From: an uncultured bacterium
Lineage (GTDB): Bacteria; Bacillota_I; Bacilli_A; RFN20; CAG-826
Assembly (NCBI GenBank): GCA_949292105.1
Contig: CASEYK010000018.1
Location: 5,134-69,133 of the forward strand
Length of the DNA: 64,000 bases
Reading direction: 5' to 3'
This document shows, in pieces, positions 1 to 8,977 of the stretch. A program made the position numbers and the translations under genes. Every line of letters begins with the position of its first letter. Position 1 is the stretch's first letter. Below the pieces are notes generated by a model. That model was not told the origin of the DNA. It did not search any database and saw only the letters and a list, made by a program, of their open reading frames with translations.

Positions 1-232
1 TTCTGCTCCATTGATAAACGCATGGGTCACATCGACGCCTTTTTTATTATAAACTTTTTCTCCCTTTATTTCATTGGGCAGTCTTGGAATGGATAATCCT
101 CCCTCAACCTCTGGACAAAAAGGAACTAATTCGTATTTTTCAAGCAGCTGTTCAATCAAAGGGGAGCGGTTATTTTGACCGTCATAGCGGACTTTATCCC
201 CGACTAAACAAGCTGATATCAATATTTTTTCC
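1..232 (-). CDS. DUF523 family protein, 5' portion only; the gene runs off the window edge
   Basis: The reverse-complement translation begins MEKILISACLVGDKVRYDG...VPFCPEVEGGLSIPR, which matches the DUF523 N-terminal signature. The ATG is at 230-232 on the minus strand. Confidence 0.55.
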
Positions 233-297
233 ATAACTTCTTAAACGATTGTTATTTTAATGAGAAAATAAAAAGCATTCAAGGTATAATAACAAAT

Positions 298-942
298 ATG
301 AATAAACCATTTACTTATTGCGTTGGCGAAACTTTGTATCCCGTCATCGTTACATATCGAAAAATGAAAACCATTCGCTTCCGTTATCGAGATGGCGCTT
401 TTTATGTCAGTTGCCCGCGTTTTACTTCGAGACTCACGATTGAAAAAGGATTGAATAAATTCGGAGCTAAATTGATTGCTGATGCGACAAAAAGCCAGCC
501 GATTGGTCGAGATTATGCTTATTTATTTGGACAAAAAATACCTCTTTCGTTTCCAGCTGGAGATTTTTCTTTTGTCAGTGGCGAACAGATTGCTTATCGA
601 AATAAAGATGAATTTGAAGCCAAGATGAAAAAATTTTTTCAGCGCTATTTGGAATCACGCGTTCGTTTCTTTGAAACGAGAATGGGTATTACTCCGCCTT
701 ACAAAGTGCGAGCGAGAAAAATGAGTTCCCGCTATGGTTCAAACTCGCGTGGGACGCATTCCTTAACTTTTAGCACAATTTTATATCACTATCATCCCGA
801 TATTATCGACTCGGTCGTCGTCCATGAATTAGCACATTATTTCGTTTTTAATCATTCAAAGAAATTTTATGATATCGTGATAAAATATTGTCCATATTAC
901 CAGACGCTTCACCATAAGTTGAAAAAGGGGATATTCGCATGA
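298..942 (+). CDS. YgjP/DUF45 (M48-like) zinc metallopeptidase
   Basis: HEXXH motif (VVVHELAHYFVFNH) near the C-terminus, ~210 aa, typical of the DUF45/YgjP family. Confidence 0.6.
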   Translation: MNKPFTYCVGETLYPVIVTYRKMKTIRFRYRDGAFYVSCPRFTSRLTIEKGLNKFGAKLIADATKSQPIGRDYAYLFGQKIPLSFPAGDFSFVSGEQIAYRNKDEFEAKMKKFFQRYLESRVRFFETRMGITPPYKVRARKMSSRYGSNSRGTHSLTFSTILYHYHPDIIDSVVVHELAHYFVFNHSKKFYDIVIKYCPYYQTLHHKLKKGIFA

Positions 943-1655
943 AATATTACATCAGTTCAAAAACAAATGAAAAAGTCAAAAGAGCTTTTAAACTCCACCA
1001 AGAAAAATATCGAGAACAATATCAGCTTTTTCTGGCCGAAGGGCGATTTGATTTAGAAATGGCTTTGAAATATCAAGCTGTCGTTGAAGTTTTTACTTGT
1101 CAAGAGATTGAACTCGATGAAACAATCCCACAATATATCGTTAGCGAAGAAATTATTCAAAAATTGTCTTCAACCTCGACACCGCAAGGAATTGTTTTTG
1201 TTTGCAAAATGTTTAATTATCACCATCGCACGATGGATAAAATTGTTTATCTCGATGGTATAAGCGACCCCGGCAATATGGGGACAATTATTCGGACAGC
1301 TCTTGCATTTGGCTATGATGGAGTTGTTTATTCGCCTGGTTCAGTCTCGATGTATAATCCTAAAGTTATCGCTAGTTCAAAAGGGGCGATTTTTGCTCTG
1401 CCAGTTTTAGAAGGGAACTTAGCCTCTTTTCAATCGACGCATCACATCTATGCAAGCGTTGTTGATGAAAAAGCAGTGGATATTAGAGATATCTATGCCC
1501 AAAAACCTTTTGTTCTTGTCATCGGTTCAGAGGCAAGAGGTGTGTCAACGCAGACACTCGCTTTAGCTGAAAAACTCATCTATATTCCAATTTCAAGCAT
1601 CGATTCGATCAATGCAGCGGTCGCCGCTGGAATCATGATGTACGCATTAAAATAA
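939..1655 (+). CDS. TrmH/SpoU-family RNA 2'-O-methyltransferase (YsgA-like)
   Basis: SpoU methylase motifs (GNMGTIIRTA, VLVIGSEARGV, IPISSIDSINAAVAAGI). It sits just upstream of pheST, as ysgA does in Bacillus. Confidence 0.7.
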   Translation: MKYYISSKTNEKVKRAFKLHQEKYREQYQLFLAEGRFDLEMALKYQAVVEVFTCQEIELDETIPQYIVSEEIIQKLSSTSTPQGIVFVCKMFNYHHRTMDKIVYLDGISDPGNMGTIIRTALAFGYDGVVYSPGSVSMYNPKVIASSKGAIFALPVLEGNLASFQSTHHIYASVVDEKAVDIRDIYAQKPFVLVIGSEARGVSTQTLALAEKLIYIPISSIDSINAAVAAGIMMYALK

Positions 1656-1710
1656 ATAACACTTATAACATTTCTTTGTTATAATGAATAAATCTATCGG
1701 AGATGAATGT

Positions 1711-2745
1711 ATGAAAGACAAAATTGAGCAAATTTGGTCGGAAGCTCAAAAGGACATTGAACAAATAAAAAGTTGCGCCGATGTTGTTGAAATCCGCAAC
1801 AAATATTTATCGAAAAAAAGTGAGTTGTCAACCCTCTCTATCGCTTTAAATCAACTTCCGCCAGAACAAAAAAGGGAATTTGGCCAAGCTTTGGGCAAAG
1901 TTAAAGGTGCTATTAGTGAGAAACTTGAAGTGCTGAATAAAAAGTTGGCTGAAGAAGAATTGAATAAAAAACTTCAATCGGAGCAAATCGATATTACTCT
2001 ACCAGGGCGATTTAATACTTGCGGAGCAAAAAATCCTTATTATATCGTCAAGGATGAAATCGTTGATATTTTCCTGCGCATGGGTTTTGAAGTAGCTGAA
2101 GGTCCAGAAGTTGAGACTGATCGCTATAATTTTGAATTGCTCAATATTCCAAAAGATCATCCTTCCCGCGACATGCAAGATACATTCTATCTCGAAGATA
2201 GCCTTCTAATGCGCACCCAGACTTCGGCTATTCAAGCGCGCTTTATGGAGCAAAAGAAAGGACAGCCTTTCAAAATGATTTGTCCAGGCAAAACTTATCG
2301 AAGAGATGATGATGATGCTACGCATTCACATCAATTTTCTCAAGTTGAAGGATTGGTGGTCGATAAAGGTATCAATATGGCACATTTAAAAGCCACTTTA
2401 GAATTATTTGTTAAAAAGATGTTTGGTGAAAAGCGCAGCATTCGCTTGCGCTCATCTTTCTTCCCCTTTACCGAGCCAAGCGTTGAAATCGACATTTCAT
2501 GTGCAGCTTGCGGTGGCAAAGGATGCTCGATGTGTAAAGGAACAGGATATATTGAAATTTTAGGTGGTGGCATGGTCCATCCCAATGTTTTAAGAATGAA
2601 TGGTTACGATCCCGATGTCTATTCTGGCTTTGCTTTCGGCTTAGGAACGGAAAGAGTGGCCCTACTTCGATATGGCATCGACGATATTCGTAAATTATTC
2701 AATAACGATGTACGCTTTTTACATCAATTTAAAAAGAGAGTATAG
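1711..2745 (+). CDS. pheS: phenylalanine--tRNA ligase alpha subunit
   Basis: Class II aaRS motifs (FPFTEPS, GFAFGLGTERVA). The start was chosen at ATG 1711 with an upstream GGAG, not the earlier in-frame ATG at 1684. Confidence 0.95.
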   Translation: MKDKIEQIWSEAQKDIEQIKSCADVVEIRNKYLSKKSELSTLSIALNQLPPEQKREFGQALGKVKGAISEKLEVLNKKLAEEELNKKLQSEQIDITLPGRFNTCGAKNPYYIVKDEIVDIFLRMGFEVAEGPEVETDRYNFELLNIPKDHPSRDMQDTFYLEDSLLMRTQTSAIQARFMEQKKGQPFKMICPGKTYRRDDDDATHSHQFSQVEGLVVDKGINMAHLKATLELFVKKMFGEKRSIRLRSSFFPFTEPSVEIDISCAACGGKGCSMCKGTGYIEILGGGMVHPNVLRMNGYDPDVYSGFAFGLGTERVALLRYGIDDIRKLFNNDVRFLHQFKKRV

Positions 2746-2757
2746 GAGGACAAATTC

Positions 2758-5154
2758 ATGATCGTTTCATATAAAAGTTTGCAACAATTCGTTGATTTAG
2801 ATGGCCTTACTCCCGAAGAAGTCGCTCAAAAGTTGACATTTGCTGGTATCGAGGTGGAATCGATTACACATCTAGGTTATGGTACAAATCTTGTAATCGG
2901 TCACATTCTCGAATGTGAACCGCACCCAGATAGCGACCATCTTCATGTTTTAAAAGTTGATTTAGGTGCTCGATATGGCGTCAAACAAATTGTCTGCGGT
3001 GCTCCCAATGCAAGAAAAGGTCTTAAAGTTATTGTTGCTCGCGAAGGAGCGGTGCTGCCTGGTGGAAAAATCGGTCATAGTATTATCCGCGGTGTTGAGT
3101 CTGAAGGTATGTGCTGCTCGCTGCTTGAACTTGGCGTTGAGAGCAAGTATTTGAACGAAAAACAAACATCAGGTATTGAAGAACTCGATGAATCTTCCCC
3201 TGTTGGTGAAGAGCGAGTTTTAGAATATTTAGGTCTTGATGATACTCGCCTCGATTTAAATGTTTTAGCCAATCGTCCTGATTTGCTTTCACTTATCAAT
3301 GTCGCTCGTGAAGTCGGCGCTATTTTTAATCGTCCGATTAAAGAAATGTATGTCGAAATTTTACAAGACTTTGAGACTGATTTTAAAGTTGGCTCAAAAA
3401 CTTCAAAATGTTCTCAATTTTCTATCAAAGAAATTAAAGATATTAAAATCAAAAATTCACCGAAATGGATGAAACAAGTTTTGATGTCGATGGGAGTAAG
3501 AAGCATTAACAATATCGTCGATATTGGTAATTATGTCATGCTTTTAACCGGCCAGCCTCTTCACATGTATGACCTGGACAAACTTCCCGAACGCTCTTTA
3601 TTCGCCGAAGATGATTTAGAGCGACCTTTCATCGCTCTCGATGAAAAGGAATATCAATTGCAAAAAGGCGATATTTGCATTTGTTCTCACCATGAGCCGA
3701 TGTGTTTAGGTGGCATTATGGGTTCGCTTGCCTGCGCTGTCGATGAAAATAGTCACAACATTGTCATCGAAGCTGCTTCTTTCGATGGAGCGAGCATCCG
3801 CCATACATCAAATCGCCTCGGTTTAGCTTCTGAATCATCAATGCGCTTCGTAAAAGGGACAAATCATTTCCAATCGGAACAAGTAATCGATTTAGCGGCC
3901 TATTTAATTAAAACGCTCTGTGATGGTCAACATTTTTCTCAAACAAAAGTTTACCAGAGCGAGAAATATGAAGAAATTGTTATCAAATCGTCTACTGAGC
4001 GCATCAATGGTCGCCTTGGAACAACTTTTTCGAATAATGAAATTAAGCAGACTCTTGAGAGATTATATTTCCGCGTCAACATGAAAAATGATGGCTCTTT
4101 TACTTGTGCCGTTCCGCCTTTTAGGCTCGATGTCAAGGAGGATGCTGATTTAAGCGAAGAAGTGATTCGCTTGCTCGGCTACGAGCATATCGATGCTCGA
4201 CTTCCTCGCTTCGATACAACTGTCGGTCGACTTAGCCCTGTTCAAGAAAAAATCTCTTTCCTAAGAGAAATGTTATTAAATCGTGGGTTAGATGAATGTT
4301 TAACATATTCCTTAATTAGTGAAAAAGAAGCCCAATGTTTCAACTCTTTTTTCAAAGAAAACCCATATCGCTTACTCAATCCTTTAACAGATGACCATGT
4401 CATACTTCGCACCAATGTTATCCATTCTCTTTTAATGTCAGCTTCATACAATGTCGCCCGCCAAAACAAGAATCTCGCCTTTTTTGAAACATCGCTAATA
4501 AGCGATAAAAGTGCGAATACGCACCATTTGGCGGTTTGTTTGCTCGGTGAATGTTTAGAACAAGATCAATTAAAGCGCCGCCCATATGATTTTTATGATG
4601 CTAAAGGAATAGTGGAAGCAATCATGGAAGTAATCGGCATCGATAATTCGCGATACAAATTTGAAAAAAATACAACTGTCAGTGAACTCCATCCAGGAAA
4701 AAGTGCTTTAATCGTCGTTCAAAATAGACCGATTGGTTTCTTAGGCGAACTTCATCCTAAAATGAAGGAGTTTTACGATATAGGAAAAAATAGTGCTGTT
4801 GTTTTAGAAATTATTCTCGATGAACTTTTACAGTTGAGGACTAAAGAGGTTAAATCTAGCAACATTTCTAAATTCCCAAGCGTCAGCCGCGATCTAGCCT
4901 TGATTGTTAAAGACGAAGTGGACGCTCTTGATTTACTTCGCTTAATCAAATCAGTCGGCAAAGGTTTAGTTATCGATACTCATGTTTTCGATGTCTATAA
5001 AGGTGAAAACATCGAAAAAGGTTACAAATCGCTCGCCATCAACATTACTTATTGCAGTTTTGATCATACCCTCAGTGATAAAGAAGTAACATTGGTGGAA
5101 GATCAAATCAAATTTGAACTTAACAAGCGTTTTGGAACAATTTTAAGGGCATAA
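2758..5154 (+). CDS. pheT: phenylalanine--tRNA ligase beta subunit
   Basis: 798 aa with a tRNA-binding N-terminal domain, B3/4 and B5 domains and the PheT C-terminal domain, immediately after pheS. Confidence 0.95.
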   Translation: MIVSYKSLQQFVDLDGLTPEEVAQKLTFAGIEVESITHLGYGTNLVIGHILECEPHPDSDHLHVLKVDLGARYGVKQIVCGAPNARKGLKVIVAREGAVLPGGKIGHSIIRGVESEGMCCSLLELGVESKYLNEKQTSGIEELDESSPVGEERVLEYLGLDDTRLDLNVLANRPDLLSLINVAREVGAIFNRPIKEMYVEILQDFETDFKVGSKTSKCSQFSIKEIKDIKIKNSPKWMKQVLMSMGVRSINNIVDIGNYVMLLTGQPLHMYDLDKLPERSLFAEDDLERPFIALDEKEYQLQKGDICICSHHEPMCLGGIMGSLACAVDENSHNIVIEAASFDGASIRHTSNRLGLASESSMRFVKGTNHFQSEQVIDLAAYLIKTLCDGQHFSQTKVYQSEKYEEIVIKSSTERINGRLGTTFSNNEIKQTLERLYFRVNMKNDGSFTCAVPPFRLDVKEDADLSEEVIRLLGYEHIDARLPRFDTTVGRLSPVQEKISFLREMLLNRGLDECLTYSLISEKEAQCFNSFFKENPYRLLNPLTDDHVILRTNVIHSLLMSASYNVARQNKNLAFFETSLISDKSANTHHLAVCLLGECLEQDQLKRRPYDFYDAKGIVEAIMEVIGIDNSRYKFEKNTTVSELHPGKSALIVVQNRPIGFLGELHPKMKEFYDIGKNSAVVLEIILDELLQLRTKEVKSSNISKFPSVSRDLALIVKDEVDALDLLRLIKSVGKGLVIDTHVFDVYKGENIEKGYKSLAINITYCSFDHTLSDKEVTLVEDQIKFELNKRFGTILRA

Positions 5155-5156
5155 AT

Positions 5157-5648
5157 ATGGACATTAATATTGGACAGCTCAGCGCAGATAAAATTAACGA
5201 GTTTGTAGAATTGATTGACCTCTCTAATGAACAATTTGATACTTCACATATCCGCCGCATCACTCAATGCAATGCGGTGGCAAAAGTTCAAAAATACGAT
5301 GAGATGGTCGTCATTGATTTATATGTCGATTTTAATGCTGTTGTACCATGTAGTTACACGCTTGAAGATGTCGATTATCATGGCAAGGGCGAGGAAAATC
5401 TCATCTTTAAAGATGAAGTCGATGAAGATAGCCTTTTAATCCCTGCTAATAATGTCATCGATTTAAAGCCTTTTATCATTTCATTGATTGTCGCTAGCGT
5501 TCCATTAAAAGTTGTAGGCAAAAATGCCACTTTGCCCAAAAATGGGGATGGATACCGTATTTTAACAGAAGATGAATATTTCGCTGAAAAGCATTCGAAG
5601 AAAGCGAGTTCAGTCTTCGATAAGTTAGATAACATCGATATAGATTGA
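5157..5648 (+). CDS. DUF177 (YceD/YlbN-like) protein with degenerate Cys motifs
   Basis: The IDLKPFIISLIVASVPLKVV segment matches the YceD C-terminal motif. Only one Cys remains where CxxC pairs are usual. Confidence 0.4.
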   Translation: MDINIGQLSADKINEFVELIDLSNEQFDTSHIRRITQCNAVAKVQKYDEMVVIDLYVDFNAVVPCSYTLEDVDYHGKGEENLIFKDEVDEDSLLIPANNVIDLKPFIISLIVASVPLKVVGKNATLPKNGDGYRILTEDEYFAEKHSKKASSVFDKLDNIDID

Positions 5649-5669
5649 GTATAGAGCATTGTTTATTTT

Positions 5670-5702
5670 AGTCCCCTTACCCTTGGGGACTTTTTCTTTT
5701 TA
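5670..5702 (+). terminator. rho-independent terminator after the DUF177 gene
   Basis: Hairpin agtcccc-ttaccctt-ggggact followed by a T-run. Confidence 0.6.
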
Positions 5703-5724
5703 TAAAAAAAATGCAATTTTGTAT

Positions 5725-5753
5725 TGTCAAAAATAATCGTTAGAGCATATAAT
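5725..5753 (+). promoter_or_regulatory. sigma-A type promoter of the mraZ cluster
   Basis: -35 TTGTCA (5725-5730), 17-nt spacer, -10 TATAAT (5748-5753). Confidence 0.5.
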
Positions 5754-5763
5754 TGAGGTACAA

Positions 5764-5787
5764 GTGGAAGAAAGTGGCAAGTTGTGG
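5764..5787 (+). promoter_or_regulatory. candidate MraZ operator: three GTGG direct repeats at 10-bp phasing
   Basis: GTGG at 5764, 5774 and 5784 (aAGTGGaagaAAGTGGcaagttGTGGca), immediately 5' of the mraZ ATG. It resembles the AAAGTG[G/T] and TGGGN repeat operators described for MraZ. Confidence 0.5.
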
Positions 5788-5789
5788 CA

Positions 5790-6227
5790 ATGTTTATCAA
5801 CCGATACTATAAAACTCTTGATCAAAAAGGTAGAGTGGTAATTCCTAGCGAAGTTAGGGAAGAACTCGGAAGTCCTTTATACGCAATGAAAGGATATGAA
5901 GGTTCAATCGCTATTTATCGCGAAAAAGAATTTGAACGCTTGGCCGAAGAGGCTGAAACTCTCCCTTTCAACAAGAAAGATGTCCGTTTATACCTCAGGC
6001 TTAGACTCTCATCAACGTGTCGATTGGAACTTGATTCACTCGGAAGAATTCAACTTCCAACCGCTTTATTGGCCCGCTACAACATTGGAAGAGAAATCGT
6101 CTTATTAGGCATTGGCAATCACCTCGAAATATGGGACCGTCAAGCCTTTGATAAGTATGAAGAAGAATCTGAATCTGTTTTTGACGAAACAGCTGAAAGA
6201 ATTAAAAATTACAAAGACGAACAGTAG
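5790..6227 (+). CDS. mraZ: transcriptional regulator MraZ
   Basis: N-terminus MFINRYYKTLDQKGRVVIP with a duplicated DxxxR-like domain. The start is taken at ATG 5790 (canonical MF... N-terminus) rather than the GTG at 5784 used in the ORF track. Confidence 0.9.
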   Translation: MFINRYYKTLDQKGRVVIPSEVREELGSPLYAMKGYEGSIAIYREKEFERLAEEAETLPFNKKDVRLYLRLRLSSTCRLELDSLGRIQLPTALLARYNIGREIVLLGIGNHLEIWDRQAFDKYEEESESVFDETAERIKNYKDEQ

Positions 6228-6229
6228 AG

Positions 6230-7156
6230 ATGGATAAACACATTCCTGTCTTACTAGACGAAACGATTGAACTTCTCAATGTCAAACCAAATGGTATCTA
6301 CATCGATCTAACGCTCGGTCGAGCCGGTCACGCTAGCGAAATCTTAAAAAGACTTGATAGCGGTATGCTCATCGGTGTGGATCGAGATGAAAAAGCTCTT
6401 ATTGAAAGCAAAACGCGCTTGGAGCAAATATCAGATCATTTCCAACTTGTTCATTCTAACTATTACAACATTGATCACATCCTCGATTCACTGCGGATTG
6501 AAGCAGTGGACGGGGTGCTGATGGATTTAGGTGTTTCATCCCCTCAATTCGATGAAAAAGAGCGAGGATTCTCTTACAGAGAAGATGCTTTGCTCGATAT
6601 GAGGATGGATCAAACGCAAAGCCTAGATGCATCATATATTATCAACAACTATTCGCTTGAAGAGTTAACGCGCATTTTTCGAGATTACGGCGAAGATAAG
6701 TACGCTTATCAAATCGCAAAAAGAATTGTTAAAGAGCGCGAAAATGCTCCAATTAAGACAACATTCCAATTAGTTGACATCATCAAGGCGAGCAAACCAC
6801 AGAAAGAATTGAAAAAAGTCGGTCACCCAGCCAAACAAATTTTTCAAGCACTGCGCATCGCTGTCAACGACGAGCTCAATTCCTTGTCCCAAGCGCTCAA
6901 AATTATTCCCGAAAGATTAAAAAAGCACGGCGGACGACTCGTCATTATCACTTTTCACTCATTGGAAGATCGAATGGTCAAACAAACTTTTAAATCACTA
7001 TGTGAGATTAAAGGCAACCGCGAGGACATTCCTGATGCTCCTCAAAACATTGAATATCGACTTGTTCAGCGCAAACCTATTGTTCCAACTGAACAAGAGC
7101 TGATAGATAACCACCGCGCTAAAAGCGCTAAACTGCGAGCTATTGAAAGGCTTTAA
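6230..7156 (+). CDS. rsmH: 16S rRNA (cytosine1402-N4)-methyltransferase
   Basis: MraW family motifs (IPVLLDE, DLTLGRAGH, DLGVSSPQ, FHSLEDR). Confidence 0.95.
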   Translation: MDKHIPVLLDETIELLNVKPNGIYIDLTLGRAGHASEILKRLDSGMLIGVDRDEKALIESKTRLEQISDHFQLVHSNYYNIDHILDSLRIEAVDGVLMDLGVSSPQFDEKERGFSYREDALLDMRMDQTQSLDASYIINNYSLEELTRIFRDYGEDKYAYQIAKRIVKERENAPIKTTFQLVDIIKASKPQKELKKVGHPAKQIFQALRIAVNDELNSLSQALKIIPERLKKHGGRLVIITFHSLEDRMVKQTFKSLCEIKGNREDIPDAPQNIEYRLVQRKPIVPTEQELIDNHRAKSAKLRAIERL

Positions 7157-7174
7157 GCCGAAGGAGAAAAAATT

Positions 7175-7399
7175 ATGATGAAAGACAAACTTGTTAAATA
7201 CAATCACAAAGGCGGATATTATCGACTCCGCAAATTTTTTCTCGCTTCTTTGCTTTTAGCTTCAATTTCAACAGCAGTTGTGGTTCCTACTTATGTCAGC
7301 GTCAGCGCGAAAGAAGACGCTGAAGCGCAACAACAAAGCAGCAGTTCATCAGATCAAACAGTGGAGGATGTTGGCGATGCGACGCTCTCTTTTGAATAA
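7175..7399 (+). CDS. small single-TM protein, possibly FtsL-like
   Basis: 74 aa with one predicted transmembrane segment (FFLASLLLASISTAVVV), in the position ftsL occupies after rsmH in Firmicutes. Confidence 0.3.
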   Translation: MMKDKLVKYNHKGGYYRLRKFFLASLLLASISTAVVVPTYVSVSAKEDAEAQQQSSSSSDQTVEDVGDATLSFE

Positions 7400-7589
7400 A
7401 CTCTACTGGATTGTGAATGCATGGATTGTTGTCTTGTTTGTTTCCTATTGCATCATTCTCAATTATATTAACTCTCTCCTATTTGTCTGCCTAGCAGGAG
7501 CAACTCTTCTCCTTACCTTACTTATCTTTAATCTCCTCTATTATGTTAGGCATAGCAAATTCTCATCAAAGGTCGTTTCTACTAGGTAG
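7376..7589 (+). CDS. small two-TM membrane protein
   Basis: GGAGGA lies 8 nt upstream of the ATG at 7376. The product is hydrophobic. It overlaps the previous ORF in another frame. Confidence 0.3.
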
Positions 7590-7607
7590 AAACGCTCTTG
7601 TAAAGAA

Positions 7608-7640
7608 GCCGTGATATCCCCCTTATTCACGGTTTTTTTA
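7608..7640 (+). terminator. rho-independent terminator
   Basis: gccgtga...tcacgg hairpin followed by tttttttta. Confidence 0.55.
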
Positions 7641-7763
7641 TATTTGGTCAACTAGTAGAAAAATAGTAGTTTTTTGTGTAATGTTATGTCCAAGTTTAAT
7701 AAATAATTATTAACTATTGTATATTTGCACAAAGACCGATAAAATAAATTAAGGTAATTAAAT

Positions 7764-8963
7764 ATGGATAAACCACTTGCAGCACTAGAAATAACCTCAA
7801 AATCGATTAAACTTGTCGTCGGATATGAGATCGATGGTCAAGTTTATGTTTTATATTCACTCACTCAACCTGTCGGTCATATCGTCGATGCCGGTTCTTT
7901 TTTAGACTATCAGACGATCGTCGAAGAGATAAAAAAACTCCGCGAGATTTCGGATAGTTCGGCTCGCATGCGCATCAATATCAGCGGCGTGTTGCTTTTA
8001 CTCCCTCCATATGGTTTAGAAATTTTCCAAACTCAGCAAGTAACGACAATCGTCAGCGAAGAAGGGCGCATCGGTAACATCGACATCCGCAATATCTATG
8101 CATTGATCCGCAAGAGCCGCATCCCGGTCAACAATGATTTAATCGATATTGTTCCTGATAGTTTTGTTCTCGATCAAGGTCGCACTTTCCAAAACCCACC
8201 GATTGGTCAAACTTCTAACACTCTGATGGTCTCAGCGAAAGTGCATACTCTTCCTCATAACATTTACTCTTCTTATACCGATTCGTGCAATGCTGCTGAA
8301 ATCGGCATCAAAAGAACATTCGTCGCGCCTTTTGCGGCTTCTGAACTGCTCGGTTCGTATGAAGATTTACCACAAGATTATATCTTAGTCGATATCGGCG
8401 CTTATACCACAACTGTTTCTCTAATTGGTCAAAAACAGCTCTTCGCTTCGACTTTCTTTACTTGGGGTGGAGATGTTATTACCAAAAAAATTGCTGAAAA
8501 TTTTAACATTAGCGAGGCTGAAGCGGAAAAATACAAAATATTGTATGGTCTAGATAACCGTAAACTGCCTTTCCACGCTCCGATATGTATCGTCAAAGAC
8601 GAAGAAGGAGGGCAAAGGAAATACTATGCCGAGGATTTGTCGAATATCATTCATGAAGAACTCGGCGTCTTCTCTTCTAAACTCAATGCTTCAATTGATA
8701 GTTTATTGGAAGGATATGATATTTCGTATAAAGGCCTTCCGATGTTATTAATCGGCGGAGCTAGCCAACTCAATGGGCTAAAAGAATATCTCGAACCAAA
8801 AGTTCCGAGCGAGTATGTGCGCGTTGTCTATCCACGCTCCATGGGTGCTAGAGATCCAAGTATGTTTAATTGTTTGGGCGCCATTTTATGCCACGCTAAA
8901 TATCAGAGCGTGTACGATGAAACGCACCCAAAGGTCAATCAAGTGACAAGAAATCCTAAGTAG
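7764..8963 (+). CDS. ftsA: cell division protein FtsA
   Basis: Actin-like ATPase with the FtsA N-terminus (LEITSKSIKLVVG). Confidence 0.9.
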   Translation: MDKPLAALEITSKSIKLVVGYEIDGQVYVLYSLTQPVGHIVDAGSFLDYQTIVEEIKKLREISDSSARMRINISGVLLLLPPYGLEIFQTQQVTTIVSEEGRIGNIDIRNIYALIRKSRIPVNNDLIDIVPDSFVLDQGRTFQNPPIGQTSNTLMVSAKVHTLPHNIYSSYTDSCNAAEIGIKRTFVAPFAASELLGSYEDLPQDYILVDIGAYTTTVSLIGQKQLFASTFFTWGGDVITKKIAENFNISEAEAEKYKILYGLDNRKLPFHAPICIVKDEEGGQRKYYAEDLSNIIHEELGVFSSKLNASIDSLLEGYDISYKGLPMLLIGGASQLNGLKEYLEPKVPSEYVRVVYPRSMGARDPSMFNCLGAILCHAKYQSVYDETHPKVNQVTRNPK

Positions 8964-8977
8964 GGGGATATATTGAT

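Noticed and set aside
1656-1710. T-box leaders before pheS and before hisS (46995-47004).
   Set aside because: The intergenic spaces are far too short (under 60 nt and 10 nt respectively) and lack the GGTGGNACCGCG motif.
2340-2585. Antisense ORFs inside core genes, about 40 in all. Examples on the minus strand: 2340-2585, 2962-3299, 9100-9873, 13106-13309, 29829-30209, 31102-31875, 51200-51939 and 54101-54358. Same-strand alternate-frame examples: 5215-5439, 5896-6108, 16474-16737, 39063-39344 and 45778-46107.
   Set aside because: They are embedded in strongly supported housekeeping CDSs, have no RBS and show low-complexity or biased composition. Treated as chance ORFs.
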